Positions 20,401-29,614 of a DNA stretch of 64,000 nt are shown one piece after another. The notes below the pieces were generated by a model. That model saw nothing but the letters and a program-made list of their open reading frames with translations, did no database searches and had not been told where the DNA came from. Positions within the stretch are counted from its first letter, which is position 1. Every line of letters begins with the position of its first letter. The translations under genes were made by a program, and so were the position numbers. Source of the stretch: Macrostomum lignano (taxonomy: Eukaryota); contig NIVC01003327.1 of assembly GCA_002269645.1 (NCBI GenBank), positions 6,033 to 70,032 on the forward strand, read 5' to 3'.

Positions 20401-21789
20401 TCCGTGTTATCAGAAGATTTAAGCTCTAATGCAATCTTTCAGTCAACGTGAACAAGGTCAATCTTTTTTACCTTCTCGAATCCAAAATAATTTTCTGCTA
20501 ATATTTCATATAGTCTGCCTAGTCTCATTTGAATAACTTTAATCTTGTGTGAAATCTTTAACTCTTCTTGAAAAAGATCATGAAGAATTTGATCATGCCC
20601 AACCTTATCATCAATTAGTTTCAGAAGGATTTTTCGAATTGTTTGCTCCATTTTTACTTTAGAAAAGTTAACAAGTGCTTATTCTATGACTAGCAAGGAT
20701 ATTGACTTCCTCACTCAGGCCACAACGTAACCTGCGAAAGAATACCCTGGAATTTGAAATTCGCCAGGATATTTTCCAGTGGAGAAGCTGGGTGGTAGTT
20801 TTGTTATAGCTGACTGAAAATCTAATGCAGAACCTAGAAATAATGGTTTACTGAAGGCCATTTTATGTATTTAAAATTTACTATCGTTAAATTGGATGAC
20901 ACTTTCATATTGTATATACCTGAAATTGCATTGAATTGACCCGTGAATCCAACTTTTCTCATGGTTTTAGAGATGGAATCGTGAAAATTGCACATTTTCA
21001 AAATCGCTGTTTTCAGACCATTTTCACCTGTTTTTAGTCATTTTTCACTTATTTTTTTGTGATTTTCAAAATGAGTGAGGGCATGAGGGTGAGGGCACTC
21101 TCCCTTTTAAAAAGTATAAAAATTCTCAAAAATCTGTGTTCTGCGAAATATTCCACATGCCAATACCCACACATGCCCTCGCCCTTAAGCACCCTCACAC
21201 AATATATAAATATATATATATATATATATAAATTTTTACATATTTATATACTCATCACACCACCTTGCAACTCTGACCTCCTGGTAGTAGTAGTGTGATA
21301 TAAGGGGCGAGTCATCCAGCGAGCTGGCGCGCACTGCGCCCGAGCAATAAGTGTGGCTCAGACCTTTATATCACACTACTACTTCAATTCTTTATAAATT
21401 GTTCTATAAACGTCTACTGCTTATGCTCAGGTATTTTAACGTCATTTTTTTATATTTCATTCGATTTTCAGTTAACAGGCCGTAAGGTGCAATTTAGAGC
21501 GGTGCTTCACAGCGAATTCCTTTCGGCTAACAACGCCAACTGCGGAATATTTCTCACTCTGCTGTGCCGTCTGTTGCCATGGCAACAGCAGTCCGCCTCG
21601 GCAACCGCAAAGCAACCTCCAGCGTTGCATCAGAACTTTGCTTGGCTTCCGTGTCCTCAGCTAGCTGACCCGCTGGTTTTGCCGGACGAGTTTGAGCAGA
21701 CTCTGTCGAACTCTGCCAAACTGAACGAACATTGCAGCCACCTGTGCCTGCTAGGAGCCTGCAGTCATTCTGATTTTCGGCTCAATTGA
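8498..21789 (+). CDS. NUDT18: Nudix hydrolase 18-like (8-oxo-dGDP phosphatase), 7 exons, ~367 aa
   Basis: Exons 8498-8624, 11391-11557, 12262-12396 (GC donor AG|GCAAGT), 13557-13615, 13730-13747 (18 nt), 13837-14116 and 21472-21789 are phase-consistent and total 1104 nt. They give [40 protein letters not shown] (Nudix box) and a C-terminal CGIFLTLL...PPALHQNFAW, both similar to NUDT18. Confidence 0.88.
8684..11277 (-). mobile_element. 5'-truncated APE-RT non-LTR retrotransposon (RTE-like) in NUDT18 intron 1
   Basis: TSD AATTTACATA at 8674-8683 and 11278-11287. A (TA)n tail at 8684-8700 directly abuts the ORF stop codon. Confidence 0.9.
8701..11277 (-). CDS. LINE ORF2: partial AP endonuclease + reverse transcriptase
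   Basis: The frame stays open upstream of the listed 11094 start. APE motifs: VYAPT, GDFN, LDWIL, SDH. RT motifs: QSGFRPGRST, FVDFRKAFDSV, GVLQGDTLAPLLF, YADD, FRYLG. Confidence 0.93.
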   Translation of the reverse strand, partial: ASAIHLQVICVYAPTAPRTSEDPSETEALYDTLGCTLDSIPARDSVIVAGDFNSPLPADGRLVKNSCGTPNANSPFLSSFIQARDLITVNGPLRQRFSKLPTFSGPNGRTTRLDWILCPIGLRSRVRRVLNIRPDCVQSDHRLVACDFDLHWQKLRPAPPHPLWADLRNPDTRQAFLRKLLAATPAPAESFESFHHAVEDAAALLPRRQANHPKTLWDRDPVISQARRHVQSTAALHGHDSDQSSAARDELQRIYARRTEAFIEEVVSEIQLATDNCRHSAAWRAINQLTGRKPRPSTIVGADSTEHRKALLAAHYREVLNAPAPTAPLLPIPDFTPAQPSAFNTGPITAGEVDRALRTMRADAAAGVDAIPPRVLKLPELTPTITSLLNKHCSLGGNETASAPQQWRTSKIVSIPKKGASTSLDNQRGIALECTTLKLLNAILRNRLLPGLNPLLLSLQSGFRPGRSTTEQVATIRSVIEACKTRQRSVSIIFVDFRKAFDSVSRPAIAWLLSQYGVPAALVSAVMDLYRDSRAFVMSSDGPTEEFGTSLGVLQGDTLAPLLFLVVVDYVLRRSLREDDSYLLVPRRSSRHPDVSLPALAYADDIALLCRDPAAAQRALTRLCDEGARVGLLVNARKTEALHMGTNTAPTLTLPNGDRIAVCEDFRYLGALVMSPDAIVSDRRNQAWRAAHLLRNVFNSAARDDLKVRLFRTAVEPILLYGMEAVPLTETRERALDALYRSLLRYALGVHYPDRLPTNALMARAGTPPLSAILRRRRQMLLGHCLRTLGRGAPVPLALAMLHRPTEQLRRGQARTATLMNCLIADLQALELTPQAAAACPSRLFCERVRGRGLLSAS
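11720..11940. mobile_element. hAT (Charlie-like) MITE end fragment
   Basis: Ends GGCGGGCCGGAGTTTCTCGACCCTTG with upstream GGGCC(A/G)GA motifs typical of hAT subterminal regions. The partner end and TSD were not found. Confidence 0.3.
14251..14845 (+). repeat. Left terminal inverted repeat of the Polinton-like element
   Basis: Reverse complement of ~20784-21383 with scattered substitutions and a ~19-bp indel. The first 99 nt are self-complementary at their ends. Confidence 0.92.
15130..15382 (+). repeat. Two diverged 135-bp direct repeats with predicted hairpins
   Basis: Copies start at 15130 and 15265. Both keep GTAGCGCGAA...TTTGCCTAC, CAGA-loop-TCTG and CCC-TTCG-GGG. Confidence 0.85.
15520..15850 (+). 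pseudogene. Possible small viral ORF of unknown function (start lost)
   Basis: Stop-free frame of ~108 codons, PKCTKCSTKKYYDS...KHTDCKCPPYLY...KTDKIYR*, directly upstream of the primase. No family was recognised. Confidence 0.25.
15866..17965 (+). pseudogene. Prim-Pol + PriCT-2 + D5-like SF3 primase-helicase (disrupted)
   Basis: Prim-Pol motifs IIDID, TNKGHHFYF and LVFAPPG. PriCT-2 motifs DYDSWYKV, FTDWS and TIGTLKKWA. D5_N motif LLGFNDGVYDLATGEFR. Walker A GAGGNGKG, motif C ECNNKP, arginine finger EKRR. In-frame TAG at 16046 and 17279, and frameshifts near 16405, 16850-16915, 17645 and 17878. Confidence 0.9.
17960..18140 (-). pseudogene. N-terminal remnant of a Polinton-type major capsid protein
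   Basis: The minus frame ILNLYEDKTFSFFEKKEDYIKISPTPGSTNNLNVAGGQIVHEVNSTESYILMSEAF resembles my recollection of Polinton MCP N-termini. It runs into the 3' end of the convergent helicase. Not in the ORF track. Confidence 0.5.
18176..18629 (-). CDS. Adenovirus pX/mu-like core protein (one frameshift)
   Basis: Basic N-terminus followed by GGIIPLLGLLPAILGGIGAASGV, similar to the adenoviral pX GG(I/F)LPLLIP motif. Removing one A from the run near 18340 extends it to LEELKKAQGSG...QGNGIILRPHEA*. Confidence 0.6.
18638..19060 (-). CDS. Polinton-type small virion protein with G-x-G-x-G motif and amphipathic helix
   Basis: MSAYRT...EGEGIGDMISGVTNFLSNHGSKIVSGADAIGKTATAAKNIFDA followed by a K/E-rich coiled coil. 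The ORF is intact (track 18638..19138; the ATG at 19060 is the likely start). Confidence 0.6.
   Translation of the reverse strand: MSAYRTNCKRAKGQIETSDSQLLVDKEGEGIGDMISGVTNFLSNHGSKIVSGADAIGKTATAAKNIFDAKKTYSDMSKAGEELEYIKKKRRDKEAKKRMEEEQQIASQSNKAIQDIVKKALGSAEQSQVSLRQGNGLKKF
19014..20285 (-). pseudogene. Parvovirus-type PLA2-like domain fused to an rve DDE integrase (one premature stop)
   Basis: The frame is open from 20285: LPDTNLDKRL...PIDWTAYYHDKNY...KHIADEKM (HD plus D). Integrase catalytic residues lie in WHAD, LCVDEGKEF and MIERFNRT, with a C-terminal PITYIIEDENGEEIIGSFY. ORFs 19590..20057 and 19014..19586 share one frame, separated by a single TAG. Confidence 0.88.
20390..20651 (-). pseudogene. 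PD-(D/E)xK restriction-endonuclease-like ORF (disrupted)
   Basis: QMRLGRLYEIL...GFEKVKKIDLVHVD*KIALELKSSDNTD when read through one TGA, giving a D...ELK nuclease-like motif. Confidence 0.5.
20784..21383 (-). repeat. Right terminal inverted repeat of the Polinton-like element
   Basis: Inverted copy of 14251-14845. 21286-21383 can fold on itself. Confidence 0.92.
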
Positions 21790-21852
21790 TGTTCTTTACT
21801 AAAGGGAAAATACTGTTCTCTTTGGTCGAGAAAAGAAAGGGTTTGAAGCTCC

Positions 21853-21939
21853 CTGATTGGTCAGGTTGTAGAATTTTTTGGAGTTATCTGATTGGTTAGA
21901 GGAAGAAAAGAAAAGAAGGCTTCCGGGTAATCTGATTGG
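21853..21939. promoter_or_regulatory. Cluster of three CCAAT boxes plus an ETS-like site
   Basis: CTGATTGG at 21853, 21888 and 21932, and CTTCCGG near 21920. No target gene was identified. Confidence 0.3.
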
Positions 21940-22217
21940 CCATTGATGGTACATGTAACTTTTATTAGAAAAAAAACGGGCGTTTTGTTATTTAAAAATC
22001 GACCAATTTTCTGACAGCTTTGAAACAATTCAGTTTAAAGTGCTACATGTATTTCGCTTGTTCGATTTTTTTTCTGATGCTTATTGCAACAATCGGTTTA
22101 TTTTCCTACCAAAATTAAATTCTTTCTAACTAAAAAATTTAATATTTATCAAATCATTTCTTCCCAGTTATTCTGCGTTACAGCAAATTTTTATCGCATG
22201 CACCGTGTACACTTGTC

Positions 22218-23150
22218 GGGTTGCTTTCACAAACGCGAAATTTCACAACCGCTAAATCACCTACTTTCATAAACGCGAAACTTCACAACCGCGAAACTTC
22301 ACAACCGCTAAATCACCTACTTTCATAAGCGCTAAATTTCACAACCGCGAAACTTCACAACCGCTAACTTTTTTGCAGTCACTTTCATAAACGCGAAACT
22401 TCACAACCGCGAAACTTCACAACCGCTAAATCACCTACTTTCATAAGCGCTAAATTTCATAAACGCGAAACTTCACAACCGCTAATTTTTTTGCAGTCAC
22501 TTTCACAAACGCGAAACTTCACAACCGCTAAATGCCATCTACTTTCACAACCGCTAAATGTCATCTACTTTCACAACCGCTAAATGTCATCTACTTTCAC
22601 AACCGCTAAATGTCGTCTACTTTCACAACCGCTAAATGTCATCTACTTTCACAACCGCTAAATGTCGTCCACTTTCGCAACCGCTAAATGTCATCTACTT
22701 TCACAACCGCTAAATGTCATCTACTTTCACAACCGCTAAATGTCGTCTACTTTCACAACCGCTAAATGTCGTCTACTTTCACAACCGCTAAATGTCATCT
22801 ACTTTCACAACCGCTAAATGTCGTCTATTTTCACAACCGCTAAATGTCATCTACTTTCACAACCGCTAAATGTCGTCTATTTTCACAACCGCTAAATGTC
22901 ATCTACTTTCACAACCGCTAAATGTCGTCTACTTTCACAACCGCTAAATGTCGTCTACTTTCACAACCGCTAAATGTCATCTACTTTCACAACCGCTAAA
23001 TGTCGTCTATTTTCACAACCGCTAAATGTCATCTACTTTCACAACCGCTAAATGTCGTCTATTTTCACAACCGCTAAATGTCATCTACTTTCACAACTGC
23101 TAAATGTCGTCTGCGCGAAACTTTACAATCGCCAAATATGTCATCTACTT
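22218..23150 (+). repeat. Left foldback TIR: 26-bp tandem array (TTTCACAACCGCTAAATGTCATCTAC)
   Basis: Directly visible; inverted partner at 29615-30360. Confidence 0.95.
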
Positions 23151-24725
23151 TCTTATTATAGTAGAGTTCCATTGCCAATTGAGCACAGATACCGAGTGGT
23201 AGGTGTTACGTTCTGTAACAGTGACGTCAATAATTACTCTCAGTTAAGTTAAGGCAGATACTCGTACATTTTGCATATGTAATGAAGCTATTATACATTC
23301 GTCTTCTCGGTGGGGGCTTCATAAGACCAAAATTTCCTAATGTTTGAACTGTAAAGTACAGGGCAGTACTTAAGACACGGAAATTTAGGAATTATACAGA
23401 AATTATAGAGTAGTCTGAATATATTAATAATAAAACAGTATATAATTATACAGATTTAGGACTCGGAACTCGGAACAGAGGAGGGTTTTTTGACCGTGTC
23501 TTTAATGAAAGAACACTTGTTTCCCATTCGGGAAGAGAGCATACTCGTACTGTTTTATTTTCCTGGCCCTTGTGCCTTCCTCAATTCTCACCAGCCATAG
23601 CAGGTTCCGGCTCTACATTGATGGGGTAGCGGGGAAACGCGGGTACAAACTGCCAGAGTCTAGAGGTTGTATGACTCTGCGGACACATGTCTCACACTTT
23701 TTACGTTATACTGAAACGCAGTCACAACACATGAGACAGAAAATTTCACAACGTCATAATACTGTACTATCCTACTTAGCGTCTCAGTTTTTTTACTGTT
23801 TCTTTTTCTTCACTCACACGTGTTGGAAACAGAAAGAAAAAGACAAATTGTTTGCTGTAAGTTTTCACTGTACTCAATGATGTTGTAGTATCCATGCTCC
23901 ATGGTTTTCCACTTCGATTTCGACCTTTTGTATTATTCAACTTTGACAAACGGCAAGATAGCAACAACAAAACTGAAAAATGTGCAGGAAACTTGTGGGC
24001 ACTAAATTATACATTTAAATCCTGCTATATCTTTTAGAGGCTTTGCACCTTGAGTACACGGTTTATAGAACAAACGATGGAAAGCTTATGAACCGTAACT
24101 TGTTGTAACTTGAGAAAAAAGTGCGAATGCCACGTTCTTTAAAAAAGAAACCTAGATACTGCTATTTTAGAAGGATAAATGCTATAACAATGCGAACGAA
24201 CTCTAATTTTATTATAATATTTACTTTGATAATGGGACATTATTAGGCATTAGATAATAAGACTATGGGCCTAGTCTGAAGTACTTTTTCCTTGCGATTT
24301 TCTCTCGTATTGTTCATTATGATTATTCACATTGCTCACAGTTTTCTCTCTGGCCACTGGATTCCTATGCCCTATGGAATTTGTCAAGGTGCCACCCTCA
24401 TAAGTTTTGGCTAGCAATGCCGTCTCACAGGCCACTCTCACGAATTCTCCGTTTGTATCTTAACCAGATTTATGCACCGGGTACATGATAGCTGCTTATT
24501 GCTCGCAATAATATTTACGTTACTTCGAATCATATTTGTTGTTAATTCTTATTACTAACCTCTCCCCGTCCTTTTTAACTTCTACGCTGAGAGCCTATCG
24601 TCCTTTTCTGCACTTAATTCTTATTTTCAATCTGTTCAATCTGAATGCAGACTCTGCTTCCGCCATATATTCCTGTGGTCACGTCCTGCGGCCCTGTGGC
24701 CCTTTTCTATTACGAAACGTCATTG

Positions 24726-26870
24726 CTAGAAAAAAATAGGAATGAACATCACACAATCGCCTCGACACACAGGGCACTGCAGTAGTCTGATCTGAATATT
24801 CTCTGAACAGATGGTACAAACAACGTGACCACAGGGATATGTGGCGGAAGCAGAGTCTAAGTTTTCTAGACATACGGGGCATCGTCGTTCGCCGCCGCCA
24901 AGGCCCTGGTCGACGGTGTCATCTTGCGGCTGCCCACCAGCACCGCCAAGGGCCGGCTGGGCGATGACTTGCGGCTGCCCACCAGCGCCGCCAAGGGCCG
25001 GCTGGGCGACGTCTTGCGGCTGCCCACCAGCACCACCAAGGGCCGGCTGGGCGATGACTTGCGGCTGCCCACCAGCGCCGTCAAAGGCCGGCTGGGCAAC
25101 GTCGTCTTGTGGCTGCCCACCGGCGCCGCCAAGGGCCGGCTGGGCGATGACTTGCGGCTGCCCACCAGCGCCGTCAAGGGCCGGCTGGGCGACGTCGTCT
25201 TGTGGCTGCCCACCGGCGCCGCCAAGGGCCGGCTGGGCGACGTCTTGCGGCTGCTCACCAGCGCCGCCAAGGGCCGGCTGGGCGACGTCTTGCGGCTGCC
25301 CACCAGCACCGCCAAGGGCCGGCTGGGCGATGACTTGCGGCTGCCCACCAGCGCCGCCAAGGGCCGGCTGGGCGACGTCGTCTTGTGGCTGCCCACCGGC
25401 GCCGCCAAGGGCCGGCTGGGCGACGTCTGGCAACTGACCTACAGCCAGTTCAGCAGCATCATGTGGGTCGTCTAGAGGGAGACCAGCTGATGCACTCAAA
25501 TTGCGTAGAACCTCCAGAGGAGTTGCCCGTCCACTGCTTAACAGGTCATACTGCTGCCGAATGCGGATACTTTTTAGTACACTGCGCTTTCCTCGCGCTC
25601 GGCGGATTGGAACACCACGTTTTAGCCTATTTAGGTCAGCTGCATAGGTTGAACAAATGCTTCTTTTCGTTGAGGAATAAAGCGCTACAATGAAATCCCA
25701 CATATTGGGATGAGCGGTCTCTACAAAGGTCCTCCATTGACTATGGTAGGATTCCTGCTTACTATTGGTCCTGTCTTCGCAGTTGTGCACAGAGAGGATG
25801 GCTGCACCAACCCTCTCGAGCCAGTAGGTCCGGATGTACGTGTAGGCTCGATGCAGTGCTTCCATCTTGTCATTGGCAAGTGTTGTAACAAATGTCTCAG
25901 GTCGCAGGACAGCATGAAGTGCAGCAAGGTGTTGCGCAGGAAGCAGAGGCAAGCACAAAAGCAGTCTCACATAGCTTCGAACGTCAGTGTTGCGGCACAC
26001 TTCACTCCATAGTCCAAGCTTTTTTAGCTTCGTGAGGACAGCTTGCGTGTAGTGAAACCAACATCCATGAGCGGTTGATGTCGGAAATGCTTCCAGCAGC
26101 GAATCTCGCAGCGCAATTTCGTAATCCGTCATGACACTCAGTGGCTCGAAGGCAGGAAACAGCTGCTTTACCTTCGACCACACTAAATGGTAGAGGGCCT
26201 TTGTCTTGCCAGTAAGTAGCGCAAAAAAGCAAGGAAAAAAGAAACCTTGTTTAACGATTCCAATGGTCACTAATTGAAAAAACAGGCGAGGCACAACTCG
26301 GAATGTGCCATCAACGAAAATGTTGTTTGCATTTTGAAGCTCAGCCAGGAGTTCAGGGTGAGCAAAAAAAACAGCAGCATGCTGGTCAACTTGACTGCTT
26401 CCCTGGAAAACTTTCTTGCCATCTGCTCCGCAGTTTTGCAGATGCATGTCCACGTCATGCAGAAGTTCAACAGCCTCATCAACAGATGTTGGGATTCGAG
26501 GCTGTACAGCTCGTCTTGCTCGCCACATGCGGAGCTCCACTTCTGGAAATCCAACATCTGGCCCAGCTGCTTCATCATTTGTTATTTCGTCAAAAACTAC
26601 TCGTAGGCGCTTTTCTGGCTGTCTTGTCGCAGCTTCATTTAGTCGTCGCTTTAACTTCATCTTTCCAATTTCTTCATCAGGGATTGGACCATGGTTATGA
26701 ATCCCACTGTGTGTGGCAGTCTCACCACTCAGCATAACTTTGGCGAAGCAGTCTTCATTACGACATGTAAAATAGTGCTTCTCGTTCAATGTTCTTTTGC
26801 ACCTGTATGCATGCTGGTCTATTAGGAGAAGCCTTGAGCCCCTACGGCCTTCAACAAATTCAAATGGCAT
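24726..26870 (-). CDS. FLYWCH-MULE transposase with 15/16-aa repeat linker and C-terminal C3HC4 RING (714 aa, intact)
   Basis: FLYWCH-like N-terminus (G..LLLIDQHAY...YFTC...C.A...H.H). MULE motifs FVDGTF, VMTDYE, CWFHY and RTNSKQESYH. Eleven PQ(D/V)..AQPALGGAGGQ units precede the RING CPVC...PCGH..C..C...CPVCRG. Confidence 0.93.
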   Translation of the reverse strand: MPFEFVEGRRGSRLLLIDQHAYRCKRTLNEKHYFTCRNEDCFAKVMLSGETATHSGIHNHGPIPDEEIGKMKLKRRLNEAATRQPEKRLRVVFDEITNDEAAGPDVGFPEVELRMWRARRAVQPRIPTSVDEAVELLHDVDMHLQNCGADGKKVFQGSSQVDQHAAVFFAHPELLAELQNANNIFVDGTFRVVPRLFFQLVTIGIVKQGFFFPCFFALLTGKTKALYHLVWSKVKQLFPAFEPLSVMTDYEIALRDSLLEAFPTSTAHGCWFHYTQAVLTKLKKLGLWSEVCRNTDVRSYVRLLLCLPLLPAQHLAALHAVLRPETFVTTLANDKMEALHRAYTYIRTYWLERVGAAILSVHNCEDRTNSKQESYHSQWRTFVETAHPNMWDFIVALYSSTKRSICSTYAADLNRLKRGVPIRRARGKRSVLKSIRIRQQYDLLSSGRATPLEVLRNLSASAGLPLDDPHDAAELAVGQLPDVAQPALGGAGGQPQDDVAQPALGGAGGQPQVIAQPALGGAGGQPQDVAQPALGGAGEQPQDVAQPALGGAGGQPQDDVAQPALDGAGGQPQVIAQPALGGAGGQPQDDVAQPAFDGAGGQPQVIAQPALGGAGGQPQDVAQPALGGAGGQPQVIAQPALGGAGGQPQDDTVDQGLGGGERRCPVCLENLDSASATYPCGHVVCTICSENIQIRLLQCPVCRGDCVMFIPIFF

Positions 26871-27856
26871 TTGTGGTATCGTTTATTTGATGAAGATAGC
26901 GTACTGAAAGAGGAAAATTTTGAAAGGTAATATCCATTTGATTACATTGTTCATAAAAATACAACTAAGTGTATGTACAACCACTTAAAATATGATCCTA
27001 TTACACTTCCAAATATTCTAAATCTATTACTATTTGTAGATAGAAATCTAAACTATAGCATATGGGCAACTCTGCTAAAAAATTATTGTATTGCTAAGTT
27101 GGCAAGACAATCCCAGTTTTGTCTTTTTTGACATCACTTCTATATTTTTGGTACTAAATGTAAAAGTGAAAATCCTCCATTGAAGAAGAATAGGGATAGA
27201 ACTCCCATTGCCAGAATTCCATTCCCTGAAATTCATCAGCTCAATAATCCCATGACCAGAATTCATCTTTCAAATCCTCTCCAAATCCACAATGAAACCT
27301 TTGAAATATCATATCTTGTTTTCCCTGTTTGGAAAAATTGGCTGTCATTGTCTCCAGACCAAGACTCTCCTTTCTCCCCTCTCTTCTTTGCTCTTTCATC
27401 TCTAATCTCTCATCTCTGCACTCTCTTTTTTATTATATTCTAGCTCTTATTTTTCGTCTCTACTCTCTTATTTCTCCTCTTTACTTTTCAATGTAAGCAT
27501 ATTGGCAAGTCACGGTCACGGGACCCTCACTGAAGTCCCTACTTAAGTATACCATACGGCATAGGTCATAAAATTGTGAGTCAGAAATCATCTATTAAAA
27601 TTTCTATAAGATTCTAGTCGAATCAGAGTATAATGCCATAAGCTATACAGTTTTAGTTAGCTTAGTAGCGAGTTATAGAAAAAAATCATTTTATAATATA
27701 GCTGTTTTGTAGAAAACTAAGTAGCTAAAAATAAAATTTAATATTAACTTGGAGACTAAGAAGCCATGGGCCTGTATAATAAAAAGAGGACCATAAATAA
27801 AAGGTACAAAATTCTATTATTATTAATACATACATGTATATAAAGCTGAGCTGAAC

Positions 27857-27889
27857 CATGGACTTCTATACTTAGTATAGAAGTCCATG
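27857..27889. mobile_element. 33-bp perfect-hairpin mini-element (P-like ends)
   Basis: CATGGACTTCTATAC-TTA-GTATAGAAGTCCATG flanked by the 7-bp direct repeat GCTGAAC (27850-27856 and 27890-27896). Confidence 0.7.
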
Positions 27890-27940
27890 GCTGAACCAAT
27901 AGGCAGCTCTGCTCTAAAAACGCAGATATCATGGTTTAGC

Positions 27941-29422
27941 CATAGAACTCTAGATAATATGGAAGCGAAGGCTTTTTTGGACCTTTACATAACCGGGCCG
28001 ACTTGAAAGTAACGTGAGCATAGGATTTCCATTGAATCTTATTCCTGATTCTTGATTATTTTAAAAATCTATCAGGTTTCCTTACAGTACAGATTACAAA
28101 TGCTGGTTCGGACGGTACACTTGAGCCTCCTCGGTCAATCTGTAAACGTTGAAGAGCGAAAGCCTTTGAAGCTGGCTTCAAAGTTGACTTGCAGCATGAT
28201 TGATCAAAAAAGCGTTTAAAAAATCAAAATCAAGGCAAGCAGTGGAATGAGACAGCAATTTTGTTCGATCCATTGTTCCACCCTGGCATGTTCATAACGT
28301 GAGGACGAGCACAATCGATAGGCACAGGAAAGATTGCAGCCGAGATCAAGTCAGATCAGATATGGACTGGCAGCTATGCCATCTTACTGATGTAGAAAAA
28401 AACTACGTGCGCGACTGGAAAATCTGTAAAAGCAGTTCAGTGGAGTTGCGCCTCAGGATATTCAGTACCTACCTTGCAGTGGAATCATCAAGCAGCACCC
28501 GAGGCATAGATGAAGAAGTCAAGGAATTCGTTCGCGAACTGGAGGCAGTGGGTGAATTGTGAGATGCTGATGACATCGTCACTTTCTATGTCGCAGGCAA
28601 GTTTGCCAAGTCGATTTCAATGCAAAAAAAACTGTCGAGCGAGCCTGTGCCGAACTGCTGGTTGCTGTTGAAGATAAAGGAGGCGTTAACGAAGCCCCTT
28701 CTACGTTCCTGTGAAAGATTAATCGAGGAAGCTTGACGGTACCGTCTGGACCAGAGCTTGCAATCTGTAAGGAGCCTGGCAGATTTTGAAGCTCTTGTGT
28801 GACTGAAACCTGCTATGATAAAAACAGAGCTGCTCTTTTCTCTGGCAACTCCTGTAAGTTTTCTTATATCTTACCAACACAACAAAGACTTGCGTATATA
28901 CGAGCTAGCTCGTAACTGTACAGTTTATTTCTCTTACCCGCATCCCCTCCTGCCCCGCCATGGTCCCGCGTTTCTTTTTGCAGAGGGTAGCGAGTAGCTA
29001 TACAGTTAACTGTTTATAGAAAGGGTTTTTTTTGAATCCCCAAGCACATTATACAGCCATCACCCGTTCTTTGTCAGTTTAACTTGACGTGAGAATGACT
29101 GAAACTACACACCAAGTTTTCTTATTGCACTCAAATGGCAGTTATCACTATCTTTACAATATTCCCATAACCTAACCCTAAACCCTAAAAAGTTGTTTCG
29201 GACCCATGTACAACGGCTCAGTGCTCATATTCTAGTATCCACATTTCATTGGCCCTCAGCCCCTCACTCAATACCCCTTTTATGGAATGGGAAGCAACGG
29301 CCCAGTTTTGTCAAAGCCAAAGGGAATAAGAAAAAACAGTCGGCCAGCTCAGGGCCCGGTTATTTAAAAATTTTCAAACCCTTGTTAAAAGACTTCACTT
29401 CCATATTATCTATAATTCTATG
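27941..29422 (+). mobile_element. Non-autonomous P-superfamily-like DNA transposon nested in the MULE
   Basis: ~30-bp TIRs CATAGAA(CTC/TTA)TAGATAATATGGAAG and TSD GTTTAGC (27934-27940 and 29423-29429). Confidence 0.85.
28300..28800 (+). pseudogene. Degenerate P/THAP9-like transposase C-terminal fragment
   Basis: Across frameshifts and stops it reads FYVAGKFAK...C..CAELL...STFL*KINRGSLTVPS, similar to the Y(I/V)AG...CxxC...RGGL..PS motif of P-type transposases. Confidence 0.5.
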
Positions 29423-29614
29423 GTTTAGCTTAGCACATCAGTTGTGGCTTGTAATGTAAGTAGGTAGCTTTTTCAAAACGTCCTTTAAAAAATTATAACC
29501 GCAGTCTATGGGCTGTGCGCCGCGTTGTACAGCCTGCAGTGTCGTGTAGTTTTTTCAATACGATTTGTGTTAAAAATAATTTCATAAACCGCAGAAACCT
29601 GCAAAAATGATAAC

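Larger units (their letters stand above)
14251..21383. mobile_element. Polinton-like (Maverick/adintovirus-related) endogenous viral element, 7133 bp, internally deleted and decayed
   Basis: Termini AGTAGTAGT...ACTACTACT, TSD TCAATT (14245-14250 and 21384-21389), ~600-bp TIRs, and an rve integrase with a Polinton-type C-terminus. Confidence 0.93.

Noticed and set aside
22218-23150. CRISPR array
   Set aside because: Head-to-tail repeats without unique spacers in a eukaryotic context, explained as foldback TIRs. The same applies to all other arrays in the window.
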